From positions 1 through 64,000 of the IMG/VR virus record IMGVR_UViG_3300042691_029205: 64,000 nucleotides of DNA. The stretch is one strand, 5' to 3'. The notes beneath the pieces are model-generated. The model was not told the origin of the DNA, made no database searches, and saw only the letters and a program-made list of their open reading frames with translations. Below are positions 41,757 through 51,002 of this stretch, piece by piece (the stretch's first letter is position 1; each line of letters opens with the position of its first letter). The DNA comes from a virus. Both the position numbers and the translations under genes were made by a program.

Positions 41757-42576
41757 ATGGTTAATTGAAAAAGATACATTAGAATGTACAGAAAAGCTAA
41801 TTGAATCTTTGGTTAAATTTAATATTGAATATCAAGAGATTCATAGTTCTGTTCGTTTTAAAGATGATTTTCTTTCTATTTTTAAACCGTATGATTGTGT
41901 AATCTTCTATGGTTCATTGGAACTCGCTAAAAGAATTCGTAAAAAAGCTAAGTGGGTTCCAGGGGTGTTTTATAATGTCGAACAATATAATTGCACATAT
42001 TACTATGCTAAATTAGGCAAGTATTTATTAAATGAAAATTATATTATGATGCCTTATGGCGAATTAAGCCGCCGTAAAGAATTTTTATATGAAATGTTCG
42101 GAGAAGATAGAGCAGTATTTATTCGTCCTAATCGAGGTGACAAAATCTTTACTGGTAAGGTAGTATATAAAGAAAACTTTGAAAAAGATATTCGATTATT
42201 TAACTTTTACCAAATGGCAGACGAAGAATTAGTTATAGTTGCCAGACCTATTAATATTACTTGTGAATGGAGATTTGTTGTAGTAAACCAAGAGGTTATT
42301 ACTGGTAGCGTGTATAAAGAAAATGATCGTGTTGGCAGTAAAGCTGGCTATGATATTAAAGCATTTGAATTAGCAAGTAAAATTGCGAAGGAATATAATC
42401 CTGATCCGGCATATGTAATAGATATTTGTTTGACTAAAACTGGCGATTATCGCTTAATGGAAGTTGGATGTTTTAGTTGTGCAGGAATGTACTTATGTGA
42501 TACAGATATTATTGTAGAGAAAGTTTCAGACGTTGTATTAAAAGAATGGAGAAATTACAATGAAGGTTGTTGCTAG
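41746..42576 (+). CDS. ATP-grasp protein, R2K/DUF4343 clade (second copy)
   Basis: FYGS, FIRP..GDK.FTGKV, EWRFVV, YVIDI, LMEVGCFSCAGMY. Confidence 0.85.
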   Translation: MSPKWLIEKDTLECTEKLIESLVKFNIEYQEIHSSVRFKDDFLSIFKPYDCVIFYGSLELAKRIRKKAKWVPGVFYNVEQYNCTYYYAKLGKYLLNENYIMMPYGELSRRKEFLYEMFGEDRAVFIRPNRGDKIFTGKVVYKENFEKDIRLFNFYQMADEELVIVARPINITCEWRFVVVNQEVITGSVYKENDRVGSKAGYDIKAFELASKIAKEYNPDPAYVIDICLTKTGDYRLMEVGCFSCAGMYLCDTDIIVEKVSDVVLKEWRNYNEGCC

Positions 42577-42829
42577 ACTAGTATTACTATTTATTTTAAC
42601 CTGCTCAACTTGTTTTGGGCAGACAGTTGTTTTTAAAGACTCAGCCGGTCGTTACGCTGGTTCGGCTTCTACAAGTAGAAATATTACGACGCTACGAGAC
42701 AGTAGTGGTAGATACAGTGGCTATAACAGATATAACGGTGGTAAAACGTCGTTTTATGATGCTAAAGGCAGATACAGCGGGCAAGCAAGTGGAAAAGTAA
42801 TAGTATCTCCTTTTACAAAGTCGAAGTAA
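42560..42829 (+). CDS. Small secreted repeat protein
   Basis: Signal peptide; three (K/R/Y)D(S/A)xGRY(A/S)G repeats. Confidence 0.65.
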   Translation: MKVVARLVLLFILTCSTCFGQTVVFKDSAGRYAGSASTSRNITTLRDSSGRYSGYNRYNGGKTSFYDAKGRYSGQASGKVIVSPFTKSK

Positions 42830-43017
42830 TATGAAAGATGTAATTTTTATACTAAATTTACTGTTAATCATTCTTGGTGCTATATGGTATTTCATTAGTA
42901 CCACATATGCACTTAGCTGTATTTCCGGCAAACAAATTGAATTTATTGTCTGTGGAATTGGATTACTAGTGTTTAATTTTTGTTCCTTGTCTCTATTTAT
43001 TAAAAGGATGTATCAGT

Positions 43018-43881
43018 ATGCGAAAAACTCTTGGTTTGTGTAGTTTGTTTTTGTTACTTTCTGTTGGTTGTTCTCGTCAATTTGTTGATCCTGGTAACGT
43101 AGGAGTACAAGTTAATTTCTATGGAGAAGAAAAAGGGGTTGACGACAAAGTATTGACTAGCGGTGCTTATTGGTATAATTCATGGACTTCTAATATTTAT
43201 GAATATCCAACCTTTATGCAACAAGCCGTGTGGACACAAAGCTCAACAGAAGGAAGTCCTAACGATGAAAGCATATCCTTTAATAGTACAGAAGGATCAC
43301 CAATCAATGTTGATGTTGGCGTAGCTTATGCTTTTAAAGCTGAAAAAGTGCCACATGTATTTAAGAAGTTTAGACAAGATGCTAACACGATTACTCATGG
43401 ATATTTAAGGTCTAGAGTGCGAGATGCGTTTAATGAACACGCTTCCACATATAAAGCAGCCGATATTTTTGGTTCTGGTAAGGTTAAATTACTCAAAGAA
43501 GTAACCGAAACGATTAAGACTCAATTAGCCGAAGAAGGATTTGAGATTGATAATATCTCATTTTTATCTAAGTTTAGAGTGGATTCTAACTTAGAGGCCG
43601 CTATAAATAGAACGATTCAAGCCTCTCAACAGGCTATTGAGGCTGAAAACAAGGTAAAACAGATCGAGGCAGAAGCCCAACAAGCTATAGCTAAAGCCAA
43701 GGGAACATCAGAGTCAGTGTTACTCGAAGCAAAGGCCAAGGCAGAAGCAAATATTATATTGGCGAAGTCAATTACTCCAGAATTAGTCCAATATGAAGCA
43801 CTACAAAAATGGGACGGTAAAATGCCTACATATATGGGTGGTGGTAGTAGTATGCCATTTATTACTGTCCCTGTTAAATAA
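43018..43881 (+). CDS. SPFH/Band 7 lipoprotein
   Basis: LSVGC lipobox, VDPGNVGV, AEA.QAIAKAKG...EAKAKAEAN, QKWDGKMP. Confidence 0.9.
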   Translation: MRKTLGLCSLFLLLSVGCSRQFVDPGNVGVQVNFYGEEKGVDDKVLTSGAYWYNSWTSNIYEYPTFMQQAVWTQSSTEGSPNDESISFNSTEGSPINVDVGVAYAFKAEKVPHVFKKFRQDANTITHGYLRSRVRDAFNEHASTYKAADIFGSGKVKLLKEVTETIKTQLAEEGFEIDNISFLSKFRVDSNLEAAINRTIQASQQAIEAENKVKQIEAEAQQAIAKAKGTSESVLLEAKAKAEANIILAKSITPELVQYEALQKWDGKMPTYMGGGSSMPFITVPVK

Positions 43882-44104
43882 CGAAAGGACAAATATATGT
43901 TTAATTTGATTAATAATATTACGAAACCATTAGAAGAAATAGTTAAGTATATTGGTTTTACATGTGAATATACTTATAACAGATTGTATAATGCTAAGTC
44001 AAACCTACTAAAAGACTTACCGACAGATACGAATTGTGACTGGATTAATAAAAGAAACCAAGAATTGAATAAAATACCTCTATGTAAAAGCGTTAAAAGA
44101 TAGA

Positions 44105-44240
44105 GCTATATCGTTGCTAACCACAACTAGCCTAAATCCCAGGTGAATGGTACTTGAGTGTACGGGATACGACGAGTCTGACGACTGTGGTGGTCGCTAG
44201 ATGGCCTTCGTTGGAGTAAGTAGGTAGCGACACTTACATT
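44105..44240 (+). ncRNA. Putative structured ncRNA upstream of a tRNA-like element
   Basis: GC-rich intergenic region with several hairpins and a loop-to-upstream ACCACA/TGTGGT pairing. Confidence 0.45.
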
Positions 44241-44242
44241 AA

Positions 44243-44315
44243 CCACTAAGTAGCTTAATTGCTGGTAAAGCGGCTCTTGGCCAGAGAGAAGAGGATTCAA
44301 ACGCCTCCTAGTGGA
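44243..44315 (+). tRNA. Degenerate tRNA-like gene (loop TGGCCAG, nominal GCC/Gly)
   Basis: CCACTA/TAGTGG acceptor, GCTT/AAGC D-stem, CTCT/AGAG anticodon stem, GAGG-ATTCAAACG-CCTC T-arm; U33 missing. Confidence 0.45.
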
Positions 44316-44543
44316 CTTATGAAAATCAATAATAAATTTAAACAAGCCTGTAAAAAAGCAACTAAAGAAATCAAAAGATTAGCTAAGACAGGTTATCCTG
44401 TAGAAGAACTTGGTTTAAATCGTTACTTGCAGAATAAAAGAACACATAAATAATATCTAATAAATCAGGTAAAAATTATACTGAATCGCTGTTGAATTTA
44501 ATATTAGTTACGCTAAAGCACATTCATTAGTAAAGAGGTACTT

Positions 44544-45113
44544 ATGCAGGTATTCCTAGATATGGACGGAGTTTTAGCAGATTTCCCGTCTGCCGTGTGC
44601 AACGCACACAATCGCCCAAATCCATATACTGATCCAAATAACTTTGGCAAAGATATATTAGAGTGCTGGCCCGATATGTGTAAAAAAGACTACTGGCTTC
44701 CAGCGGAGTTTGATTTTTGGGCTAATCTTAAACCGCTGCCTGATTTTGAAGAATTGATCGGTATTATTAAGGAATTCGTCCCGCTCGAAGAAGTCTGTAT
44801 TTTAACCTCTCCAAGTCGTAATCGCGGCTGTAAGCCTGGAAAACTCAAGTGGATAGAAAAATACTTACCAGAAATCAGCGAGAAAAACATCTTTTTCTGT
44901 TCTGAAAAATGGCGGTTTGCCCTTGACAAAGACGGAAAACAGAATATACTTATTGATGACACATCTAAGAAAACCGAGCCTTTTATCAAGGCTGGTGGCG
45001 AAGCATATTTAGTGCCTCGTCCTTGGAATCATCATTTTATTTGGCGTGATGAACCATACGAATTATTACCAAAAATTTTAAAAGATTGGATGAAGGCGAA
45101 CAAAAATGTCTGA
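44544..45113 (+). CDS. 5'(3')-deoxyribonucleotidase-like HAD (NT5C)
   Basis: FLDMDGVLADF, FWANLKP, ILTSP, GK.KWI, ILIDD, PWN. Confidence 0.85.
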   Translation: MQVFLDMDGVLADFPSAVCNAHNRPNPYTDPNNFGKDILECWPDMCKKDYWLPAEFDFWANLKPLPDFEELIGIIKEFVPLEEVCILTSPSRNRGCKPGKLKWIEKYLPEISEKNIFFCSEKWRFALDKDGKQNILIDDTSKKTEPFIKAGGEAYLVPRPWNHHFIWRDEPYELLPKILKDWMKANKNV

Positions 45114-45179
45114 AGCTATGAAACTATTCAAACAAAGATAAGAACGAACTTTTTTCCTTTTCTAAAATGGATTAATATT

Positions 45180-46487
45180 ATGATTACTAAAATTTACCCA
45201 GGTTCTATCAATTATACCTGCACTGTTGTAAAATTACCGCACAAGCAAGTTATTCAGGGTTTAGACAACCTTGTTAATGTTTGTATATTTGGTAATAACT
45301 GTCTAATTTCTAAAGACTCTGATGAAAATAAGCTCTGGCTGTTCTTTCCTTCTGGTACTATATTATCAGAGAAATTTTTGGCCGCAAATAACTTATATCG
45401 TCACTCTGAGCTAAACGCGGATAAGACCAAAAAGGGCTTCTTTGAAGATAACGGTCGTGTTAAGTCTGTTAAGTTTAAGGGTGTAGTATCTACCGGATTT
45501 TGTATTCCCGTTTCTGCATTAGGAGAGATGGGACTTGTATATACAGATTTGAATGTTGGTGACGAGTTTAATGAGATTGATAATGAATTTATCTGTAAAA
45601 AGTTTATAAATCGCCACTTAGAATCATCTAAGTCTCCAAAGATTAAGACTGGTCGTGTATTAGATGAAGTAGTTAATTCACGTTTAGTACCTGAGCATGA
45701 CGATTCATCTCATTTAATGCGTAATACTCGAAAGATGGATAGAAATCCAATTGTAGCTGTAACACATAAAATGCACGGCACAAGTTTACGGGTGTTTAAA
45801 GCACCAGTAAAGCGTCCATTACGTTGGTATGAACGCCTGTATGCATATTTTGGCGGAAAAATACAAGATGAAGTCTATGACTATGTTGTAGGTTCTCGTC
45901 GTGTAATTAAGTCTATTGGATTTAAGACTTTGAGTGGTAAAGAACACTTCTACTCCGAGGATTTGTGGTCAAAAGCAGCAAAAGAATACTTTGATGGCAA
46001 ATTGTTCGATGGAGAAGCTGTTTTTTGTGAAATCGTAGGTAAGGACTATACGAAAAAGGCAATACAACCTGGATATACTTATGGCTTTGAAACGCCTAAG
46101 ATTTTTATCTATCGTATTGCTAATATTAATCATCAAGGTGTAGAAGTTGATCTTCCATATGCTCAGATGAAAATTAGAGCAGATCAATTAGGTATACCTG
46201 TTTGCCAAGAGTTATTTTATGGTCGTTTTAATGATTTTTTAGAGCAATTTAAAGCTGAAGGAAATACATTAGACGAAAAAATAGAAGATGTTTTCTATAA
46301 AAAGCTACTTGATAAACCTGATCCTGTTGACCCAACTGTGGTTAATGAGGGTTATGTTGTGCGTATAGATGATATTTATCCAAAACCAGAAATGTTAAAG
46401 GCTAAATCTCCTTTGTTTATCAAGGGCGAATCGGATTTAGCAGACAAAGGTAACTTAGATATAGAGGATCAACAAAGTGAAGAATGA
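45180..46487 (+). CDS. RNA ligase (Rnl2/DRB0094-like) with N-terminal OB-type domain
   Basis: THKMHGTS (KxxG motif I), VVGSRR, FCEIVG, NEGYVVR, LKAKS..F. Confidence 0.85.
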   Translation: MITKIYPGSINYTCTVVKLPHKQVIQGLDNLVNVCIFGNNCLISKDSDENKLWLFFPSGTILSEKFLAANNLYRHSELNADKTKKGFFEDNGRVKSVKFKGVVSTGFCIPVSALGEMGLVYTDLNVGDEFNEIDNEFICKKFINRHLESSKSPKIKTGRVLDEVVNSRLVPEHDDSSHLMRNTRKMDRNPIVAVTHKMHGTSLRVFKAPVKRPLRWYERLYAYFGGKIQDEVYDYVVGSRRVIKSIGFKTLSGKEHFYSEDLWSKAAKEYFDGKLFDGEAVFCEIVGKDYTKKAIQPGYTYGFETPKIFIYRIANINHQGVEVDLPYAQMKIRADQLGIPVCQELFYGRFNDFLEQFKAEGNTLDEKIEDVFYKKLLDKPDPVDPTVVNEGYVVRIDDIYPKPEMLKAKSPLFIKGESDLADKGNLDIEDQQSEE

Positions 46488-47079
46488 TTATATGTCTCTA
46501 TCGGATATCCAGAAGGAAATGGACTTTTGGATTAATTATAACCAGCCTCCAAAAGACTTTAAACACAAAGCCTTTTATGTAGATTTTTTCGATTTTAAAC
46601 AGGTGAGTGGCGACTGTTTAGAGATTGGATGTGCTGGTTCTCCGTTTATTAGTTATGCAGATGAAGTTAATCCATATTTAAATCTAGAATTACTAGACCC
46701 ACTTATGGATGAAATAGTTCGTATTCCTAAGTATTCATATTTAGAAAAGTATACACGGTATCAGACTTCTCTACTTGATTTTAGAACATGGCAATCATAT
46801 GATTATATTATTTGTTTGAATGTATTAGATCATTTTGGTCAGGCACATGTAAATTTCCTCAATAAAATTTTTAATTTATTAAAAGTCGGCGGCTATTTAT
46901 ACTTGTACTATGATATTCGGCCAAAATATTTAGACGGGCATTATCCAATAGATCACCTAGCTGTACATAATCATATAAGCAATATATATAATATACGCAA
47001 AGAATCTCTGGATGTAAATCCTGTTCATAACGGTTGGTCTGGTGTGCGATCTTCTTATAGAGGTGTATTGCAGAAATGA
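46477..47079 (+). CDS. Class I SAM-dependent methyltransferase
   Basis: CLEIGCAG, LDP, YDYIICLNVLDH, LKVGGYL. Confidence 0.8.
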   Translation: MKNDYMSLSDIQKEMDFWINYNQPPKDFKHKAFYVDFFDFKQVSGDCLEIGCAGSPFISYADEVNPYLNLELLDPLMDEIVRIPKYSYLEKYTRYQTSLLDFRTWQSYDYIICLNVLDHFGQAHVNFLNKIFNLLKVGGYLYLYYDIRPKYLDGHYPIDHLAVHNHISNIYNIRKESLDVNPVHNGWSGVRSSYRGVLQK

Positions 47080-47645
47080 ATGTCTTATTAGATTGTGGTA
47101 GCCACTTTTTTGAGGGTCTTTATAAACTCGACAAAATCTATCATTTTGGTAATTATTGGCGGATTGTTTGTTTTGAAGCTAATCCTGAAACATATAACCA
47201 ATCACTAAATAATAAGCCCAATTTTAAGAATTTAGATATTAATAATATAGCTATTTCAGATAAATCCGACTTTGTGATAGTCAATTGCGACAAAGACTAT
47301 GGAGAAGGTTCTAATATATTAGAATATCCACCAGTTAATGACATAGTATATGGGAATACTTTTAATTTTAATAGACGGGAGATTTGTTCAGAGGATATAG
47401 TTGACTCTATAGATTATGAAAACCTAACACCTCATGATAAACTTTTCATTAAGTTGGATATCGAAGGCTCAGAGTATCGAGTTATTCACCGTCTTATTGA
47501 AACCGGCTACTATAAAAAGATAGACACTCTCTATGTTGAATTTCACGACAGGTTTTTTGAAGCTAGAGAATATTACCAACAGCTTAATCGGTTATACGTT
47601 GATTTTTTAACCAAGAGCGGCGTTAAAGTTGTACTTTGGGATTAA
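47076..47645 (+). CDS. FkbM-family methyltransferase
   Basis: LDCGSH..EG, FEANP, IKLDIEGSEY, YVEFH. Confidence 0.85.
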   Translation: MNVLLDCGSHFFEGLYKLDKIYHFGNYWRIVCFEANPETYNQSLNNKPNFKNLDINNIAISDKSDFVIVNCDKDYGEGSNILEYPPVNDIVYGNTFNFNRREICSEDIVDSIDYENLTPHDKLFIKLDIEGSEYRVIHRLIETGYYKKIDTLYVEFHDRFFEAREYYQQLNRLYVDFLTKSGVKVVLWD

Positions 47646-47646
47646 T

Positions 47647-48318
47647 ATGAAACTATATACATTGTTTACCGATAGTCACTCTGAATTACTACAGCGGTAT
47701 TTTTTACCGTCTTTATTTAAAGTATTGCCGATTTTAGAAGTAGTTGTGAAAAAAGTGCCGCAGTTATGTGAAACGGCCACATATGGAGAAAACGGCTGGT
47801 TCGAGACAATGCTTCGTAAAGCAGAGTATCATATTCAATCTTGCGAAGAGACGATGGGCGGCTATTTTATTTATATGGACTGCGACATTCAATTTTTCCG
47901 GCCATTTTTACATGAAATGTTGGTGGAAATAAACGCCGGAGACTATGATTTAGCGTGCCAGGACGACGTTTTTCCTTTTGGGAACCGACCAACCTACTGT
48001 GCTGGACTTTTTATCTGTAAATCTTCGGATAGAACTTTACGATTTTTCAAATCCTTATATAATAGTATGTTGGCTAATCAGCGACACAAAGATCGTTACA
48101 CCGACCAAATTGCCTTAAACGAAAATTTAGATCAGATTAAACACAGCTTACTTTCACATCGATTTTATACTATTGCTCATAGTAAGCCCAAACTATGGAA
48201 TCAGGATTACAACATTCAAATTCCTAATGATTTGTTAGTACATCATGCTAACTGGACACATGGTATTGAGAATAAGATATCATTATTGAACTTCGTTAAA
48301 GAACGACAAAATGTTTAG
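47647..48318 (+). CDS. Nucleotide-diphospho-sugar transferase (GT77-like)
   Basis: YMDCDIQFF, CAGLF, DQ.ALN, HHANW. Confidence 0.8.
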   Translation: MKLYTLFTDSHSELLQRYFLPSLFKVLPILEVVVKKVPQLCETATYGENGWFETMLRKAEYHIQSCEETMGGYFIYMDCDIQFFRPFLHEMLVEINAGDYDLACQDDVFPFGNRPTYCAGLFICKSSDRTLRFFKSLYNSMLANQRHKDRYTDQIALNENLDQIKHSLLSHRFYTIAHSKPKLWNQDYNIQIPNDLLVHHANWTHGIENKISLLNFVKERQNV

Positions 48319-48705
48319 TTATTTGTTTAAATTTTTTAATTCATTATATTATTACTTTTTCCCGACATCTAAAAGACAGGGAATTAAGTATTATTATAAT
48401 GTATTAGTATATATAACAAAAAAAGACCATCAATTTAAATGCAATGAAATAGATAATGTTTTTGGTATTATAAAATTAAAGGATAAAAACCGTAAAGTTT
48501 ATTATCTTCCTATATCTGATAAGTTAGATAAAACTGTAGATGAATGTATAAATGAATATTGCAGAGTGAATAATAAGATTACCTGTTTTGTGTATCTTTT
48601 TTATTTTAATGATAAATTGGTTAATGTGTATGTAACCAACGAAATTGACTTAACCTGTGAAGGTTGTCAGTTAATGAAAGAAGTTTTATTATAAAGGGTT
48701 TAATC

Positions 48706-49128
48706 ATGGCTAGTTTTAACAATGTTGTTTTGGTTGGAAATGTAACAAGAGACGTAGAAGTACGCTATACACCAGGAGGGGCTGCTGTTACTGATATTGG
48801 ATTAGCAGTAAATGAGCGGTATAAGAAGGGTGATGAATGGATGGAAGAAACCGTCTTTGTGGATGTTACTTTATGGGGTCGTCAAGCAGAAGTAGCAGGC
48901 GAATATCTAACTAAAGGTTCCCCTGTTTTAATTCAAGGAAAGTTGCGTCTCGATTCTTGGGAACAAGATGGACAAAAACGATCTAAACTCAAGGTTGTAG
49001 CAGATACGATGCAGCTTTTAGGGTCTAAGAAGGATAAAGTAGAAGGTGAAAGCGAACCAGAACCAAAGACCGCTAAACCTAAAAAGAAGGCTACTAAGGA
49101 TAGTGATACTGAGGAAGTGCCTTTTTAA
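48706..49128 (+). CDS. ssb: Single-stranded DNA-binding protein
   Basis: MASFN.VVLVGNVTRD.EVRYTP.G, GLAVN, FVDVTLWGRQAE, acidic tail EEVPF. Confidence 0.95.
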   Translation: MASFNNVVLVGNVTRDVEVRYTPGGAAVTDIGLAVNERYKKGDEWMEETVFVDVTLWGRQAEVAGEYLTKGSPVLIQGKLRLDSWEQDGQKRSKLKVVADTMQLLGSKKDKVEGESEPEPKTAKPKKKATKDSDTEEVPF

Positions 49129-49321
49129 CAACGGTGGTATAATGGGATCAACCTGTTGGGATGAAAATATTAGGCTCGCTGAAAAAGTTGGCGAGCTAGA
49201 AGTCTCTCTTAAAAAAGAGCGGGATTATAATATTGAATTAAGATCACAAATTCATGATCTTGAGATAGAACTAGCCTCTCTAAGAGATTCTCCAACTGTT
49301 AGATTTTTTCGGGAAGATTAA

Positions 49322-49840
49322 ATGAGCACAAAAATCATTAATCTATTAGCGTCTCCGTGTAAGGGTAAATCGTCATTATCCCACTCTATTGTCGGTGAAA
49401 TGAAGAAATTACACTTACATGTAGAACATGTCTCCGAGTATCCAAAAGAGCTAGTTTATTCTGGTCGGCTGCATGATTTGTCGTGTCAACCGGCTGTTTT
49501 TGGGCGAATGTTGGAAAAAATCTGGCTTTTATATGATAAAGTGGACTATATAGTAGTAGATGGCAGCTTGTTGTTGTCTGCGGTGTATGGTACTGATGTA
49601 TGGCCAACTAGTTTCCAGCGTTCGGTAATAGATATTTATAACTCGTTTAATAACTTAAACTTCTATTTACAAGGAAGCTATACACCTTATAAACAAGAAG
49701 GGCGGCTGTCTGAGCATAGCCAACGAGATATAGATTCAGAAATTTTACGTTTGTTGGTTATGGAAGATATTAAATTTATTTCCCTGCCAATAGACACAGA
49801 TCGCGTTAGTACAATACTAAACTATGTTTTACACCAATAG
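49322..49840 (+). CDS. P-loop NTPase (NadR/AAA_28-like)
   Basis: INLLASPCKGKSS, EYPKEL, DYIVVDGS, QEGR. Confidence 0.75.
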   Translation: MSTKIINLLASPCKGKSSLSHSIVGEMKKLHLHVEHVSEYPKELVYSGRLHDLSCQPAVFGRMLEKIWLLYDKVDYIVVDGSLLLSAVYGTDVWPTSFQRSVIDIYNSFNNLNFYLQGSYTPYKQEGRLSEHSQRDIDSEILRLLVMEDIKFISLPIDTDRVSTILNYVLHQ

Positions 49841-49860
49841 AAAGTAGAGATTGAATTATT

Positions 49861-50214
49861 ATGGCAATGTCTGATGTTAATATTAATGTTATTATGGGTA
49901 ATTTAACTCACGACCCTAAATTGAGTTATACTCCTGGTAACACACCATTTTGCAATGCACAAATCGCAAGTAATTGGAACAAAGGCCCGAAACCTGCTGT
50001 ATTGTTTCAGGAAATTCGGCTTTACGGGACTACTGCTGAGTTGCTGGTCAAAGAAGGCTATAAAGGTAAGAAAATTCAAGTTACAGGCCACTTAGAAACT
50101 AAGTCGTTTGAAGAAGACGACGGTAAAAAGTTATCGAAAAACGTATTATATGTAGAAGACCTCAAGTTTATAGGTGGTCCTGCTGAGAAGCAAGACTATG
50201 ACTCAGTTAATTAA
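49861..50214 (+). CDS. Second SSB-like OB-fold protein
   Basis: NVIMGNLTHDP.LSYTP, KG.KI.VTGHL.T.SFE; lacks the PF tail. Confidence 0.8.
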   Translation: MAMSDVNINVIMGNLTHDPKLSYTPGNTPFCNAQIASNWNKGPKPAVLFQEIRLYGTTAELLVKEGYKGKKIQVTGHLETKSFEEDDGKKLSKNVLYVEDLKFIGGPAEKQDYDSVN

Positions 50215-50522
50215 ACTCCTGATCTTTATTTTTCGGTTTAAAAATTATATGGATGAAACACCAGTAGATAATCCAGAACAGCCCACAAAAAAACCCAAAA
50301 AACCCAAAAAGGCTAATAGTACACAACTACGAGCTTGGTGGGATAAGCATAAAAATAAGCTATATATTGTTGCGGCTATTCTTGGTGCTATTGGTGTATC
50401 GAACGCAGATCGTTTAGATATTGTCTATATTCTAGAGTCGGCCTTAACTGTTCCCGAAAGACTTGACAATCTCGAAGAACGTGTTAAAATACTAGAAGAG
50501 AAAACAAAGTAATTTACTAGTA

Positions 50523-50620
50523 ACAACGTCATTCCATCGTTGTAAAACTCATGGAGTCCACCAGGGACAAAAAGCTGGTAGTCTAAAACTCCGTAAATAA
50601 GACTTTAAAAGTGGACGGTA
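50523..50620 (+). ncRNA. Tandem H-type pseudoknot array upstream of the tRNA cluster
   Basis: PK1 ACAACG/CGTTGT + TCCAT/ATGGA; PK2 GTCC/GGAC + CCAG/CTGG; PK3 AGTCT/AGACT + CCGT/ACGG. Confidence 0.5.
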
Positions 50621-50690
50621 GGACTTTAGTGTTAATGGTAGCACAACGCCATTAATAAGGCGTAAGATCGGTTCGATTCCGAATGTCTGT
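50620..50690 (+). tRNA. Degenerate tRNA-like gene with 8-nt anticodon loop (ATTAATAA)
   Basis: TAGTGTTAATGGTAGCAC D-arm, ACGCC/GGCGT stem, TCGG-TTCGATT-CCGA T-arm; imperfect acceptor stem. Confidence 0.55.
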
Positions 50691-50827
50691 TTACAGTACC
50701 AGCTATCCCTCTAGGTGTATTATGACTAGTCGCACCAATGGAAATAATGGGCTGGTCAATGGAGGTTAGATCATTCCTCAAAAATGACCTGTTTGTGGTG
50801 ATGTTCAGTAAAAACTTCACTTAATAC

Positions 50828-50900
50828 TGCGAGTGGAGGGTGTGGTCATCCAAGGTGTCTCATAAGCACCAAAAATGTAGTTCGATTCTACAATTCGCAA
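50828..50900 (+). tRNA. tRNA-Met(CAT) (or Ile2)
   Basis: TGCGAGT/ATTCGCA acceptor, GGTGT-CTCATAA-GCACC anticodon arm, TGTAG-TTCGATT-CTACA T-arm. Confidence 0.8.
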
Positions 50901-50904
50901 CTAA

Positions 50905-50977
50905 GCGTCTATAGTGTTCAACGGCAGCATGTTAGTCTTCCAAACTAAAAGTTTCAGTTCAAATCTGAATAGACGCT
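50905..50977 (+). tRNA. tRNA-Gly(TCC)
   Basis: GCGTCTA/TAGACGC acceptor, U73, TTAGT-CTTCCAA-ACTAA, TTCAG-TTCAAAT-CTGAA. Confidence 0.9.
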
Positions 50978-51002
50978 CTGTTTTAAATTAAAGGAGAATA
51001 AA

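Noticed and set aside
44178-44240. Hammerhead (CTGACGA) or HDV-like/theta ribozyme next to the tRNA-like gene
   Set aside because: No GAAA core after the stem; the GGTAGCGAC segment folds as a simple hairpin, not the nested double pseudoknot
50523-50820. tmRNA (pseudoknots plus GTGGAC before a T-arm)
   Set aside because: No Ala-type acceptor or CCA end and no tag ORF recognised; the tRNA-like part has its own D and anticodon arms
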